From a virus (lineage: Duplodnaviria > Caudoviricetes), in IMG/VR virus record IMGVR_UViG_3300028809_000018, positions 1-55,873 of that record: DNA of 55,873 nucleotides; one strand, 5' to 3'. A model generated the notes under the pieces. The model made no database searches, was not told where the DNA came from, and worked only from the letters and a program-made list of their open reading frames with translations. Made by a program: the position numbers and the translations under genes. This document shows, piece by piece, positions 37,627 through 47,692 of this stretch (positions within the stretch are counted from its first letter, which is position 1; each line of letters begins with the position of its first letter).

Positions 37627-38264
37627 TGGAGCAGACGACCAGCCAGCACCTTCCGTACCCGACGGAGAACGACCCGGCCAACGCGGCGCTCCAGCTTCAA
37701 GTGCTCGCGGAGGCCATCGACGCCAAGCTGGTGGCGCAGTTCGCTTTGGCCCGTCAGGCATTCAACGTCCCCGCCATCATGGTGAATTTGAGCGCCAACC
37801 AGACCGGCATCAGCAACGGCACCACCACCGACATCCTCTTCGATCAGATCCTCTTCGAGTACCCGAGCGGAGCGTGGTCGCTGACGCCCCAGTTCCCGTT
37901 CTTCCCGGAGACGGGCTATTACCGGATCGGCCTCTTCGTCAACAGCGTCCCGTCGGGCGGTGTCACGGCCAACTCCGCGTGCACCATCACCCTGCGGTAC
38001 CCGTACGTGCAGCAGATCCCGTACACCCTCTACACGATTGAGTCCTATCAGGACCGTTGCTACCAGTCCAACACCTCGGGCGAGTACCAGCTCATCGAGG
38101 CAATGGTGCGATGCGACGTCGTCAACACCACGCCCGCGTACCCGAGCGCGCAGGACTACTCGGGCATCACGGCCACCATCAACCACGCCAACGTGGCCAG
38201 CACGGTCAACGTCCTTGCCGGGTCGAAGATGTGGGCGTGGAAGACTAGCGAACTGGAGGACTGA
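37626..38264 (+). CDS. Minor tail protein
   Basis: TT...LPYP...D...LA.AID N-terminus. Confidence 0.72.
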   Translation: MEQTTSQHLPYPTENDPANAALQLQVLAEAIDAKLVAQFALARQAFNVPAIMVNLSANQTGISNGTTTDILFDQILFEYPSGAWSLTPQFPFFPETGYYRIGLFVNSVPSGGVTANSACTITLRYPYVQQIPYTLYTIESYQDRCYQSNTSGEYQLIEAMVRCDVVNTTPAYPSAQDYSGITATINHANVASTVNVLAGSKMWAWKTSELED

Positions 38265-38836
38265 TGGGCGGCACGACCTCGCTGGGCATCCGGTACCCGT
38301 ACCAGAGTGAAGTCGTTGACTCGGTCGACTACGCCAACCTAGCGACCGACGTCAACGCGCTCCTGATCGACCTGGACACCATCGCCACACTGGCCAACAC
38401 CCGGCCCAGTGTGCACATTCAGAGCGGCTCGCGGACCGGCTTCACCACGGGCCTCAATCAGGTGCTCCAGAACTTCACCCTGGTCTGGGATACCGGCAAC
38501 TTCTGGGACCCAGCCCAGACGGATCGAATCATCCTGCGCGATCCGGGGCTCTACTACGTGTTCATCGGCGGTTCGTTCCGCACACTGGCCAGCACCACCA
38601 CCTCGTTCCGCATCGCCATCCTCGCCAACGCGGGAACCGAATGGCAGTCGCGGAAGATCGACACATTGGCCAGCTCGGGCAACGGAAACGACTCCGCGGT
38701 GTCTGGCATGGTGATCGCCAGCGTCGCCGACACCACCATTCAATTCCGTTGCCAGTGGACCGGAACGGGCGGCCCGGTCAGCGTCACAAGCGGCAACATC
38801 AAGGCGTACCTCATTCGGGAGTTGGCTGATCTGTGA
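38264..38836 (+). CDS. Minor tail protein
   Basis: TT..GIRYP...LA..V N-terminus; PGLYY. Confidence 0.72.
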   Translation: MGGTTSLGIRYPYQSEVVDSVDYANLATDVNALLIDLDTIATLANTRPSVHIQSGSRTGFTTGLNQVLQNFTLVWDTGNFWDPAQTDRIILRDPGLYYVFIGGSFRTLASTTTSFRIAILANAGTEWQSRKIDTLASSGNGNDSAVSGMVIASVADTTIQFRCQWTGTGGPVSVTSGNIKAYLIRELADL

Positions 38837-39891
38837 GAGTTCTGGTCATCCCGTCGGACAATTCTGGCTGCGGGATGTACCGGCTGGCCTGGCCAGCCCA
38901 GTACCTCGCGGCGCAGGGTCACGACATCGGGATCTGCTATTTCGGGCAGCGCGGAATCCTGGAGATCCATTCGCGCGACGGCGTTCATGTCGACGGGATC
39001 TCCATGCCGCCGGGCGTGGACGTGGTTGTCGTCCAGCGGGTGTCCAACCGGCTGTTCGTCGAGGCGATCAAGGCGCTGCGGAGCATGGGCATCGCGGTGG
39101 TCATGGACATGGACGACGACCTCGGGCGCATCCACAAGAGCCACGTGGCGTACAAGCTCTACAACCCGAAGGTCCGGTTCGGCGACCCGCCCCCGCTGCA
39201 CCACCACGAGCACGTCCAGGCCGCCGCGGACGCGGCCACGATGGTCACCTCGACCACCCCGGCGCTCCAGGCCCAGTACGCCCGGCACGGCCGCGGCGCC
39301 ATCCTCGACAACTATGTCTGCGGAAGCGATCTTGACATCCCGCACGACGACAGCGACACCATCGGCTGGGCCGGCGACACCAAGACCCGCGCCGACGACT
39401 GGCAGGTGGTGGGTGACGCCCTCCGGAAGATGATCAACGAGGGCAACACCTTCTTTGTGGTCGGCGCGGAGGGCAACCTCGGGGAGCAGTTGAAGCTCCC
39501 CTTCGAGCCCAGCTACACCGGATACGTCCACGTCACCAAGTTCACGACCGCAATGTCCCGGTTCGGCATCGGGATGGCGCCCCTGTTCCCTTCGCGCTTC
39601 AACGAAGCCAAGTCCAGGCTCAAGCCGATCCAGATGGCCGCCGTCGGCATGCCTTGGGTGGGCTCCCCGTCGTACGCCTACCGGCGCTTCCACGAGGAGT
39701 CCGGCACGGGTATATTGGCGTCCAATCCGCAGGAGTGGTACCAGGCCCTGAAGCGCCTGGTCAACGAGCCCAACCTGCGCATGGAGATGGGAGCACAGGG
39801 GCGTGAGTACATGAAGACACAGACGATCGAAGCCAACGCGTGGCGTTGGTGGGAGGCGTGGACCGAGGCGCTGAAGCTGGAGCGCGGATGA
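38833..39891 (+). CDS. Glycosyltransferase (GT-B fold)
   Basis: SGCG.YR..WP, VVVQR, DMDDD, IGWAG, G.APL..S.FN.AKS.LK. Confidence 0.88.
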   Translation: MRVLVIPSDNSGCGMYRLAWPAQYLAAQGHDIGICYFGQRGILEIHSRDGVHVDGISMPPGVDVVVVQRVSNRLFVEAIKALRSMGIAVVMDMDDDLGRIHKSHVAYKLYNPKVRFGDPPPLHHHEHVQAAADAATMVTSTTPALQAQYARHGRGAILDNYVCGSDLDIPHDDSDTIGWAGDTKTRADDWQVVGDALRKMINEGNTFFVVGAEGNLGEQLKLPFEPSYTGYVHVTKFTTAMSRFGIGMAPLFPSRFNEAKSRLKPIQMAAVGMPWVGSPSYAYRRFHEESGTGILASNPQEWYQALKRLVNEPNLRMEMGAQGREYMKTQTIEANAWRWWEAWTEALKLERG

Positions 39892-40193
39892 GACTGCAAC
39901 CTGATCCCGAAGACGTGCTAGCCGTCCTGCTGAGGAACGACACCGACTCCGGCGCCGCCGATATCCGCGGCTACCTCAAGGCCCTGCTCGCCACGCTCTA
40001 CCGCGAAGATTCGGACTTCAGCGGGAAGCGCCCGTTCGGCAACTCGGGCTGGAAGTATGACCTCTACATCGCGCTCGGGCTCGCCGGGATGATCAACATT
40101 ACGTTCGATGAGGACGACTACATCGACACACTGGAGTCCGCGGAGATGGACTACGCCGACGAACTGATCTACGCAGCGATCGATGCCCTATGA
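39888..40193 (+). CDS. Conserved phage hypothetical protein
   Basis: FSGKRPFGNSGW motif; ATGA coupling at both ends. Confidence 0.72.
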   Translation: MRLQPDPEDVLAVLLRNDTDSGAADIRGYLKALLATLYREDSDFSGKRPFGNSGWKYDLYIALGLAGMINITFDEDDYIDTLESAEMDYADELIYAAIDAL

Positions 40194-40855
40194 GACTGGC
40201 GGTCATCACCACGAAGGGCACCCGCCAGAGTCTCGTAGCCTGCTACACCGCCATCGCCACCCAGACCGATGAGGTATTCATTGTCCACAATGGCATGAAC
40301 AGCGATGGCGTCCTTCAGATGCGCGAAGCCGGCGCCATCGTCATGCCCTACCTCTTCGACTGGAATCACTTCAACCTGTCGAAGGCGTGGAATCAGGGCA
40401 TTCGCGCTGCGGGCGCGGTCGCCCGCGGGCGCGGTCACAAGGAGTGGTTCACCGCGGTCCTGAACGATGACGCCATCGTGCCCGACGGCTGGATGGATGC
40501 GGTGGTGCGCGACATGGAGATGCAGGGCGCCCACGCCGGTTCCTCTGGCTGCCACCACCCCGGCGGCTCGTTCCGCCAGTCCACGCCCATCATGCACACC
40601 GACACCATGCGCGGCTGGGCCTTCGTGCTGCGCGGCTCCTCGGGCATCACGGCCGATCCGCAGTTCGTCTGGTGGTACGGCGACAACGACATCGCGTGCC
40701 AGGCGGCCAAGGCGGGCGGCCTGTCTCGGGTGCAAGGCTGGCCGGTCCCCAACCTGGCTGAGAACGAGTCCATGATCCAGTCAGAATGGCTGCTGGAGCA
40801 AGCCACCGAGGACCGGTCGCGCTTCGAGGAGAAGTGGGGGTTCCTGCCGTGGTGA
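40190..40855 (+). CDS. Glycosyltransferase family 2-like
   Basis: NLSKAWNQG, VLNDD, GWAF, WWYGD.D. Confidence 0.82.
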   Translation: MRLAVITTKGTRQSLVACYTAIATQTDEVFIVHNGMNSDGVLQMREAGAIVMPYLFDWNHFNLSKAWNQGIRAAGAVARGRGHKEWFTAVLNDDAIVPDGWMDAVVRDMEMQGAHAGSSGCHHPGGSFRQSTPIMHTDTMRGWAFVLRGSSGITADPQFVWWYGDNDIACQAAKAGGLSRVQGWPVPNLAENESMIQSEWLLEQATEDRSRFEEKWGFLPW

Positions 40856-41487
40856 TGGACAAGCACGAGTTTCTACGGCTGATGCACAACCTCATCCGAC
40901 CCGAGATCTACCTCGAAATCGGCGTCCAATATGGTCAGTCCCTTCGGCTCGCGAAGTTCTCGCGCGTCGCCATCGGAATCGACCCAAACCCTCAGGTAAC
41001 CGAGGCCCCCAGCAACATGCGTCTCTATGAGATGCACTCGTCTGAGTTCTACGACCGGGAACTGTGGACCGAGAACGAGCCAGCGGGCCTCGCGTTCATC
41101 GACGGATCGCACCTGTTCGAAGACGCCGTCGACGACTTCGATCTGGTTCTCAATTCGACCGACCGCGACTCGGTGGCTGTATTTGATGACGTACTTCCCC
41201 GGAACGAGGTGGAGGCTAGCCGCACTCCCAACCTGAACGTGTGGGCGGGAGACGTCTGGCGTCTGCACCCATACCTCACCGCGCGCCACCCACGCACCAC
41301 GTTCGTCCTGGTTGATGTTGAGCCGACAGGCGTGATGGTCGCGTACGACCTCAACTGGTCCCATGATCGTCACATCTACGAGTATGCCAACGATCCTGTG
41401 CCCGAATCCGTCCTGACGCGCAAGCACGCCGTGAGCGGAATGACCGCGCTCACCATGGTTTCCGAGTGGATCGACGCGAAGTGGTGA
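40855..41487 (+). CDS. Class I SAM-dependent methyltransferase (Methyltransf_24-like)
   Basis: YLEIGV..G.SL, GIDP, FIDGSH, FDD, W.GDVW. Confidence 0.88.
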   Translation: MDKHEFLRLMHNLIRPEIYLEIGVQYGQSLRLAKFSRVAIGIDPNPQVTEAPSNMRLYEMHSSEFYDRELWTENEPAGLAFIDGSHLFEDAVDDFDLVLNSTDRDSVAVFDDVLPRNEVEASRTPNLNVWAGDVWRLHPYLTARHPRTTFVLVDVEPTGVMVAYDLNWSHDRHIYEYANDPVPESVLTRKHAVSGMTALTMVSEWIDAKW

Positions 41488-42089
41488 AGCCCTCGGTCAC
41501 AGTTGTCATCCCCGTCCACCCCATGCGCATACGCAACGGCCTACTGCGCCGTGCCACCGACTCGGTTTGGGCGCAGACGTGCCTGCCGGACGCGCTTGTT
41601 GTGGTCGTGGACTGCGAAGGTCAGGGGGCGGCGCGGACCAGGCAACGCGGGCTCGACCAGGTGACCACCGAGTACGTCACGTTCTTCGACAGTGACGACA
41701 AAATGAAGCCCCAGCACCTTCAGCGCCTCCTCCAGGTCATCGAAGACGCTGGCGCCTCGTACGTCTACTCCTGGTTCGAACCCGTCGGATTCGGCCGCGA
41801 TCCGCTCGGGCACTTCGGCAAGCCCTTCGACCCCCACAACCCTCACCATACGACCACCGTCGTCATGTGCGAGACGGCCGTGGCCAAGGAGGTCGGCTTC
41901 ACGGCGCCCGAGCCGGGCGCGAAGACGGGCAACGAAGACTGGCTGTTCACCGTCGGCTACTGCCGGCTCGCGGTCGAGCGCGGGCTCAAGATGGTCCACC
42001 TGCCCGAGCGGACCTGGGAGTACCACCTCCACACGGCCAACACGTCGGGCATGCCCAACCGCGGAGATGCGCTCAGCGTGCCGCGTTAA
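41484..42089 (+). CDS. Glycosyltransferase family 2
   Basis: VTVVIP, A..SV.AQT, FFDSDD, NEDW. Confidence 0.88.
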   Translation: MKPSVTVVIPVHPMRIRNGLLRRATDSVWAQTCLPDALVVVVDCEGQGAARTRQRGLDQVTTEYVTFFDSDDKMKPQHLQRLLQVIEDAGASYVYSWFEPVGFGRDPLGHFGKPFDPHNPHHTTTVVMCETAVAKEVGFTAPEPGAKTGNEDWLFTVGYCRLAVERGLKMVHLPERTWEYHLHTANTSGMPNRGDALSVPR

Positions 42090-42117
42090 CTCACAAATCG
42101 GGCGTAGCCTGTGAATC

Positions 42118-42927
42118 ATGGCGCTACCCGTCCATGACGTGACTATGCCGATCTCGCTGTCGGGGCAGTCCAATGGCAAGCTCGCCGCTGACCGCCTGGT
42201 CGACACCGCCGGGCAGGCCGGCGGCCCCATCGTGCGCCTGTGCCGGCCCGCTTACCGGGCCTGGAGGGCCATGTGCGCCGCGGCGAAGTCCGCCGGGCAC
42301 ATCTTCAAGGCCGTGTCCTACTACGACTCGTACCGCCCGTACAGCGTGCAGGAAACCATCTTCAAGCAGCGCTACCGGCGCGTGGGCTACGAGACGGCGA
42401 TCTGGTGGGACGGCTCCTACTGGGTGCACCACACGGGCGCTGTCGCGGCCATCCCTGGCACGTCAAACCATGGCTGGGCGTTGGCCGTCGACATCGGCGA
42501 GGAGAAGGACGGCGACTCGGGCACCGAATCCATCGATCAGGGCTCGGTCGACTGGCTGGTGCGCAACGCATGGCGTTACGGCTTCTCGGCTGAGGTGCAG
42601 TCCGAGCCCTGGCACTGGCGCTACTACGCAGGAGACGACGTACCGCAAGCGGTGCTCGATTACGAAGGAGGAGAAGTGGCCGGATACGGCTTCGCAACAC
42701 AGGAGCAGGCGAACGACGTATGGCGTCGCACAGGCAGCATGCAGCGGATCTTGACAGACGACGTGGTTCCGCGGCTGGAAGCGATCAAGCAGCAGTTGGT
42801 GCTCCAGCTCGCGATCCTGGAGGAAATCAGGACAACCGTGGAGGCCATCGAGCCTGGAGAGGGCGGATCGTTCCCGGCCTTCCCGTGGACGGTGACGTTC
42901 GAAGGCAATGGGACCGTTACGTCCTAA
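42118..42927 (+). CDS. Endolysin, M15 (VanY-like) peptidase
   Basis: SYR...Q, PGTSNHGWALAVD, EPWHW. Confidence 0.88.
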   Translation: MALPVHDVTMPISLSGQSNGKLAADRLVDTAGQAGGPIVRLCRPAYRAWRAMCAAAKSAGHIFKAVSYYDSYRPYSVQETIFKQRYRRVGYETAIWWDGSYWVHHTGAVAAIPGTSNHGWALAVDIGEEKDGDSGTESIDQGSVDWLVRNAWRYGFSAEVQSEPWHWRYYAGDDVPQAVLDYEGGEVAGYGFATQEQANDVWRRTGSMQRILTDDVVPRLEAIKQQLVLQLAILEEIRTTVEAIEPGEGGSFPAFPWTVTFEGNGTVTS

Positions 42928-43013
42928 AACGGCGCGTCTGGGCGACGACGCGAAGTTCGGCAAATTTCGCACTAGGACGTGAAATGTCTGCACTTTCTGC
43001 CAAGATCGAAGAC

Positions 43014-43292
43014 ATGAAGAACCTATCGTGGCCCATGGCGCTGGTGCTCAGCCTCGTGGTGGTCGTGATCGGCACTTTGGCCTTTGTGGGCAAGGATGTG
43101 CGGACCGTCTCGGACGCGATTCTCTTCATCCTGGTGGCTCTCGGGTACGCCGAACTGCGCGAGATCAAGTCCAACACCAACGGCAACAACACCAAGATGC
43201 TCGAAGAGCTGGCAGAGTACCGCCGGCAGGCCGCCCGGCTCACCGACAAGGCCCTGGAGTCCGCGCCCCTCGTGCCTCCGGAGTCGAAGTGA
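43014..43292 (+). CDS. Putative holin
   Basis: Two TM helices plus a NTNGN C-terminal segment, directly after the endolysin. Confidence 0.7.
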   Translation: MKNLSWPMALVLSLVVVVIGTLAFVGKDVRTVSDAILFILVALGYAELREIKSNTNGNNTKMLEELAEYRRQAARLTDKALESAPLVPPESK

Positions 43293-43735
43293 CCACGACC
43301 AGGACCTATTCCTGGACGCTCAAGCCCCCCGCGGAGCAGCTCGACGACTTCAGCCGGCGCGCTCGCAAGGTGCTCGCGTGGGCGTGCGAGGGCGACACCC
43401 GCATCTCGTGCCAGGGCGTGACCGGCGAGGCGTTCGGCGTCGTCGAGATCTCGTTTGCCGTCACGGGCAGGGACCTGTGGGCGACCGGGCAGATCTCGCA
43501 GGACCTCATCAACACGGTCACGATGCGCCTGAAGAACCCCGCCGACATCGACTTCACCCGCGAGCGCCCGCCTGTGCACGGCAACCGCGGCTACGGCTAC
43601 GGGCGCTCCAAGCGGATCAACGGGACGTACGGCGCCGGGGAGCGGGCGTTTGATCCGACCCGGCTACTGGTCCCCGACGACGCCGCTCGTGATGCTCCGC
43701 CTCCGCCAGAGACTGAGCCTCCGACATCGGCGTAG
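43289..43735 (+). CDS. Hypothetical protein
   Basis: GTGA coupling with the holin stop. Confidence 0.65.
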   Translation: MTTTRTYSWTLKPPAEQLDDFSRRARKVLAWACEGDTRISCQGVTGEAFGVVEISFAVTGRDLWATGQISQDLINTVTMRLKNPADIDFTRERPPVHGNRGYGYGRSKRINGTYGAGERAFDPTRLLVPDDAARDAPPPPETEPPTSA

Positions 43736-43808
43736 ACACCCGCCCGCACGAGCAGCCCCAATACCAAAGCCCGCCCTCGCCGTTGACGACGGGGCGGGCT
43801 ACGGTCAT
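43617..43808 (-). CDS. Small Zn-ribbon-like hypothetical protein
   Basis: WYWGCSCG...H motif; its 3' end overlaps the convergent gene. Confidence 0.4.
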   Translation of the reverse strand: MTVARPVVNGEGGLWYWGCSCGRVSTPMSEAQSLAEAEHHERRRRGPVAGSDQTPAPRRRTSR

Positions 43809-43838
43809 GTGTCCCCAGTTTGGTTTCCGGTACGCCAC

Positions 43839-44249
43839 TCACCAGTAGTACCACTTGGCGCAGCTACGTGCTTGGTGACCGAGGAGCACCTCCTCGACGT
43901 CTCCGTTGGCGCGGTAGTCCTTCAGCGCGCGGCGGGCGTATGCACGCTCGCGTGTGCGCTCGGGGTTGTGCCAGACGCGCTCGATGTACCAACGGGGTGG
44001 CGGGGTAGGGCAGCAGAAACGGTGACCAGTTGGGTAATCGGGCTCCCACATGCACTGATCGCTCTTGCGGCGCCAGTGCTGGTTGTCCCAGGCTCGATAG
44101 GTTTTGAGATCGGGCTCAGCCGGCAGATTGCAGGGCCGGTCCTGGCGAATCAGCCAGGTTTTGAGGTATCCGAAGTCTCGGCAGTAGTGGACCTGCTCCC
44201 ACTTGGTGGCGATAACCCACCACGGTTTGTCTTTGGTCGTTCTCGACAT
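43839..44249 (-). CDS. Conserved basic hypothetical protein
   Basis: MSRT.KD.PWW...C.LP...C.W...PP.WY...ER motif; RBS GAAAGGG. Confidence 0.72.
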   Translation of the reverse strand: MSRTTKDKPWWVIATKWEQVHYCRDFGYLKTWLIRQDRPCNLPAEPDLKTYRAWDNQHWRRKSDQCMWEPDYPTGHRFCCPTPPPRWYIERVWHNPERTRERAYARRALKDYRANGDVEEVLLGHQARSCAKWYYW

Positions 44250-44308
44250 GGCACCCTTTCGGGCGCGGACCATCCGCGCTTACCTGTGCGTCATGTCGAT
44301 CACCTCCC

Positions 44309-44737
44309 TCAGTAGTAGGCGCGGCGGTACATCGCCCGCTGCTTCTCCATCTCGGCGGCACGCTTGGCCAGGAGCGCTTCGTTCTTCTTGCGATCCAGGA
44401 TCTCCAGCACCTCCTGCTTGTGCTCGTACGAGAGCAGCTCGGGGGCCGTCTTATACAGCTCCAGGATGGCTGTCTCGTGCGCGAGCTTCTTCTCGCGCTC
44501 AAGCCGGCGGTTGCGGGCCACCTTCGGCTCCCGGAACAGGGTGCTGGACAGCGCCCGCCGGATCGCCTTGTAGGCCAGGAGCCCAAGCAGGTAAAGCACC
44601 ACGCCGGGCCACACGAGTCCCCAGAGGCCGCAGAATTGCCAGCTCGGCTCGTCTTCCGTCTTCGCGGCCTTGACGTAGGCGATCCGCGTCATCACGAGCA
44701 GCCCGATCAGGTACAGAGCGATCAGCAAGGTCACCAT
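44309..44737 (-). CDS. Membrane protein
   Basis: Two TM segments and a charged C-terminus. Confidence 0.72.
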   Translation of the reverse strand: MVTLLIALYLIGLLVMTRIAYVKAAKTEDEPSWQFCGLWGLVWPGVVLYLLGLLAYKAIRRALSSTLFREPKVARNRRLEREKKLAHETAILELYKTAPELLSYEHKQEVLEILDRKKNEALLAKRAAEMEKQRAMYRRAYY

Positions 44738-45312
44738 GGGAACATCCAGTTGAATACGTCGCGGGTGTGCTTGGCGTCGTCGAGCGCGTGGTGACGCGCC
44801 CCGACCTGTACCGGCCGCGCTCCGCGGCCAGTGTCCTTGGCCATCTTCGTGAAGATCTCGACCGATGGCTGGAGTACCTGCTGAATGTCGTAGATCAGCA
44901 TGGGCAACGGCGGGCGGTGATCGTTGAAGGTGCCGAAAAGCTGGCTCAGGACAACGTAATCGAAGCCCGAGTACGAGCCCCAGATCTCCGGCTCGCCCTC
45001 CTGCACGAGGAACTGGTAGACCTCCTCGCGGAGCCCGTCCTCGCCCTCGACGCGCTTCACGAAGGCGATGTCTTCGTGCTCGTGGTCCCAGTCCGCCACA
45101 CCGATCGCGCCGACCTCGCTGGCGGGGATCAGAGGCAGGGTGGGCCAGATGTTCTGACGCATCCAGCCGTCCCGGACCATCGGTCCGAGCGGGGCGTCCA
45201 CGTTGATGCCGTAGTACTCGCGACCATCCTCAGCCACAATGCCAATCGAGATGAGATCGATCGGGTGGCCTGCGCCGCGGTTCAGGAATTCGGTGTCCAA
45301 CCAGTACTTCAT
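44731..45312 (-). CDS. DEDDh 3'-5' exoribonuclease (Rv2179c-like)
   Basis: LDTEF, LISIGIV.EDGREYY, FD.V.L..LFG, HHALDDA. Confidence 0.88.
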   Translation of the reverse strand: MKYWLDTEFLNRGAGHPIDLISIGIVAEDGREYYGINVDAPLGPMVRDGWMRQNIWPTLPLIPASEVGAIGVADWDHEHEDIAFVKRVEGEDGLREEVYQFLVQEGEPEIWGSYSGFDYVVLSQLFGTFNDHRPPLPMLIYDIQQVLQPSVEIFTKMAKDTGRGARPVQVGARHHALDDAKHTRDVFNWMFPW

Positions 45313-45413
45313 TTCCGTCTCCCCCTTCGGAGTACTGCGATCCAGATGGCGGTCATGACACCTACGGCGGTAAACACCACCGCCAACTGGAGCAGCTTGT
45401 CGTTGACGCCCAT
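45309..45413 (-). CDS. 34-aa TM peptide
   Basis: ATGA coupling to the exoribonuclease; single hydrophobic helix with a basic tail. Confidence 0.45.
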   Translation of the reverse strand: MGVNDKLLQLAVVFTAVGVMTAIWIAVLRRGRRK

Positions 45414-45486
45414 CAGTCTTTCTCGCTCAGGATTCCCATGACCGCGAAGCCGGCGCAGATGAGCAGAATGATCAACCAGAGCCACA

Positions 45487-45675
45487 TCATCGCTTCGCCT
45501 TCGCGCAGTCGGGACAGAGGTCGAGCATCTCGGTTTCGAGATGAACGAAGCCGTCGGATTTGGCGGCCTTGCGAGCCTCGACAACCGAGTGGGCCTTGAT
45601 GAGCTGACCGTGCTCGTTTACGGGGACCGCGCCGCAGTCGTCACACTCGACCCAAACCCCACGGCGGGAGGTCAT
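45487..45675 (-). CDS. Zn-ribbon protein
   Basis: CDDCG...DLCPDC; ATGA coupling. Confidence 0.7.
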   Translation of the reverse strand: MTSRRGVWVECDDCGAVPVNEHGQLIKAHSVVEARKAAKSDGFVHLETEMLDLCPDCAKAKR

Positions 45676-46595
45676 CGCTGGCCTGTGTGAACCTGTGTGC
45701 CCTGCGGAGCGATCACGATGGTGCACTGCCCGGCCGCGGCGCACGCCTTGGCCTTCTCCAGCTCCAGCTTCGCGATCTCAAGCTGAAGCCACACCTCGTT
45801 GGAGTAGAGCGACTGCTGCGCCTGCGCCGCACGCACCCGGCCCTCAGCTTCCGCGACCTGCGCGGCGGCGTTCTCCAGGGCCTTCTGCTTGTTGTTGCGC
45901 GCCTCCTGGATGCCGGCGTCGGTGTAGTCGATGTCCTTCACGAGGATCTGCACAGGCGGGCAGTCCGGCGATCCCCGGCGGAACGTGGGGCCGCAGAAGT
46001 AGTCCCCGCCGGTCAGGCGCTTCAGCTCAACCGCAAATTCAGCGGAGATCCGCTCCTGCACCTCGGCGAGGACGGTGCCGGCGACGAGAGCGTCCGCGCT
46101 GTAGTTGCGGATCACCGAGCGGGAAGCCTTCTCCAAGGCCGGGACGACCGTGTTGAGCAGCATCACGCGCCAGCCGTCGTCGGTGTCGGCCTGGTAGCGG
46201 CGGCCCATGTTCTCCCACCACTGCACGACCGGCGAGTTCGCGTCCGTGCAGGTCGTGTTGAGCGCCATGTTGGTCTGCGACCACACGTTCACCTGGACGC
46301 CCGACGGCTGGTTCGGCTCGGGCTTGCTGGCCACAGTGACGGGCACATTGGTGTCGCCGTCCTGGGGGGCGATGTTCCACGTGCGCAGGTTGTCGGGGAG
46401 CCAGACGATGGAGTTGTTGGCGATCCAGTCGTCGGACGTACCAGGGTCCACGCAGTGATCGAACTTGAAGCCGTCGACTTGGCCTTCGGCGTAGTAGAGC
46501 CCGATGGCGTCGGGCGGGGCGATTTCGGAACAGGCGGTGGTCGACACGAGTCCCACGACGGCGAGCGCCGCGAGGAGGGCCTTCTTCCAGCTCAC
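45672..46595 (-). CDS. SPFH/band-7 domain lipoprotein
   Basis: Lipobox-like TTAC, SPFH-like core, C-terminal AEA/AQA coiled coil. Confidence 0.8.
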   Translation of the reverse strand: MSWKKALLAALAVVGLVSTTACSEIAPPDAIGLYYAEGQVDGFKFDHCVDPGTSDDWIANNSIVWLPDNLRTWNIAPQDGDTNVPVTVASKPEPNQPSGVQVNVWSQTNMALNTTCTDANSPVVQWWENMGRRYQADTDDGWRVMLLNTVVPALEKASRSVIRNYSADALVAGTVLAEVQERISAEFAVELKRLTGGDYFCGPTFRRGSPDCPPVQILVKDIDYTDAGIQEARNNKQKALENAAAQVAEAEGRVRAAQAQQSLYSNEVWLQLEIAKLELEKAKACAAAGQCTIVIAPQGTQVHTGQR

Positions 46596-46900
46596 TTCTT
46601 CTTCTCCAATTCGTAGACGTTGGCCCGCCATTCGCGGACCTGCTGGTGGTGCTCGGGGGTGAGGAATGTTGCCTGGACGTCGAACTGGGTCGGCGGGCGG
46701 GTCATCTCCTCAAACAGCCCTTCCGCCGTTGCTACCAGCTCTTCCCGGCGCCGCGTCTTCATGACCGACTCGCCGGTGACGTGCTGGTACGTCTTGCGCT
46801 TGCCCATGGCGAAGCCCGCCTGATAGGCCAGCCAGTACAGGACGGCCAGGCCGCCGACTGCGAGCAGCATTCCGAGCGCGTAGAAGATGACGCGTCCCAT
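46592..46900 (-). CDS. Membrane protein
   Basis: N-terminal TM helix; coupled to both neighbours. Confidence 0.7.
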   Translation of the reverse strand: MGRVIFYALGMLLAVGGLAVLYWLAYQAGFAMGKRKTYQHVTGESVMKTRRREELVATAEGLFEEMTRPPTQFDVQATFLTPEHHQQVREWRANVYELEKKK

Positions 46901-47226
46901 CAGGAGCCCTCCTTCTTGAACCACTTCTCGGGGTCGTCATCCGCGGACACCATCTCGTCCACGAGAGCCTTGGCGCGCTCGCGCGCCTTGGGCCACGCCG
47001 TGTTCATGAGGAACCGCATCAGGTGGTCGTAGGTGCAGTTGGCCTGGATGTAGCGGTAGGCCATGTCTGCGTGAGCCTGGCTGAGGGCCATGACGGGAGC
47101 GCCTTCGCCGTCCCCGCCGTCCCCCATCCAGGTCACCAAGTGGATGTTGGCGAGCTGCTCGATGAGCTGCTTCTCCACGTTCGCGAGGTGCGCGTCCGTG
47201 ATCTGCTCAGGCGTCATGGCTTTCAT
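46900..47226 (-). CDS. Hypothetical protein
   Basis: Coupled ORF. Confidence 0.7.
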   Translation of the reverse strand: MKAMTPEQITDAHLANVEKQLIEQLANIHLVTWMGDGGDGEGAPVMALSQAHADMAYRYIQANCTYDHLMRFLMNTAWPKARERAKALVDEMVSADDDPEKWFKKEGS

Positions 47227-47618
47227 GATTGCGTAGGCAGGCGACGTTGCGCAGGCTCCCCGGCGACGAGCGCGGACACGGTCAGCGCCGCGTTGACGCA
47301 GTTGGTGTGGTTGCTGAGCATGCCCTTGTTGATGCCGCCGTTGACGGCAACGATCTGGTCGGCGACGCGCCGGCCAGTGTTGATGGCCGCCTGCTCGTGC
47401 ACGCCGCGCACGGCGCCGAGAAGCCGGGGGATCATCGCCATCGAGGCGCGGACCGCGGCATCGCGAGCAGCGTTGAACGCCGTCTCGTTGACGAGTCCGA
47501 TGAGGTTGTTTGTCTCGGCCGCATCGAGCCCCGCCTGCTGCGCCATGTGGCCGATGTTGGCCATCGTGGCGGGGTCGAGGACGTTCTGGACGTCAACGGA
47601 AACGGCGTTCGTGGTCAT
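47223..47618 (-). CDS. Hypothetical protein
   Basis: RBS AAGGAGAGAAG before MTTNAV. Confidence 0.72.
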   Translation of the reverse strand: MTTNAVSVDVQNVLDPATMANIGHMAQQAGLDAAETNNLIGLVNETAFNAARDAAVRASMAMIPRLLGAVRGVHEQAAINTGRRVADQIVAVNGGINKGMLSNHTNCVNAALTVSALVAGEPAQRRLPTQS

Positions 47619-47692
47619 GGTCTTCTCTCCTTGATGGTTTCCGGGGGTGGGCCTGGCCGCCCGCTTCCCCTCTGTCGCGGGCGGCCAGGGGC

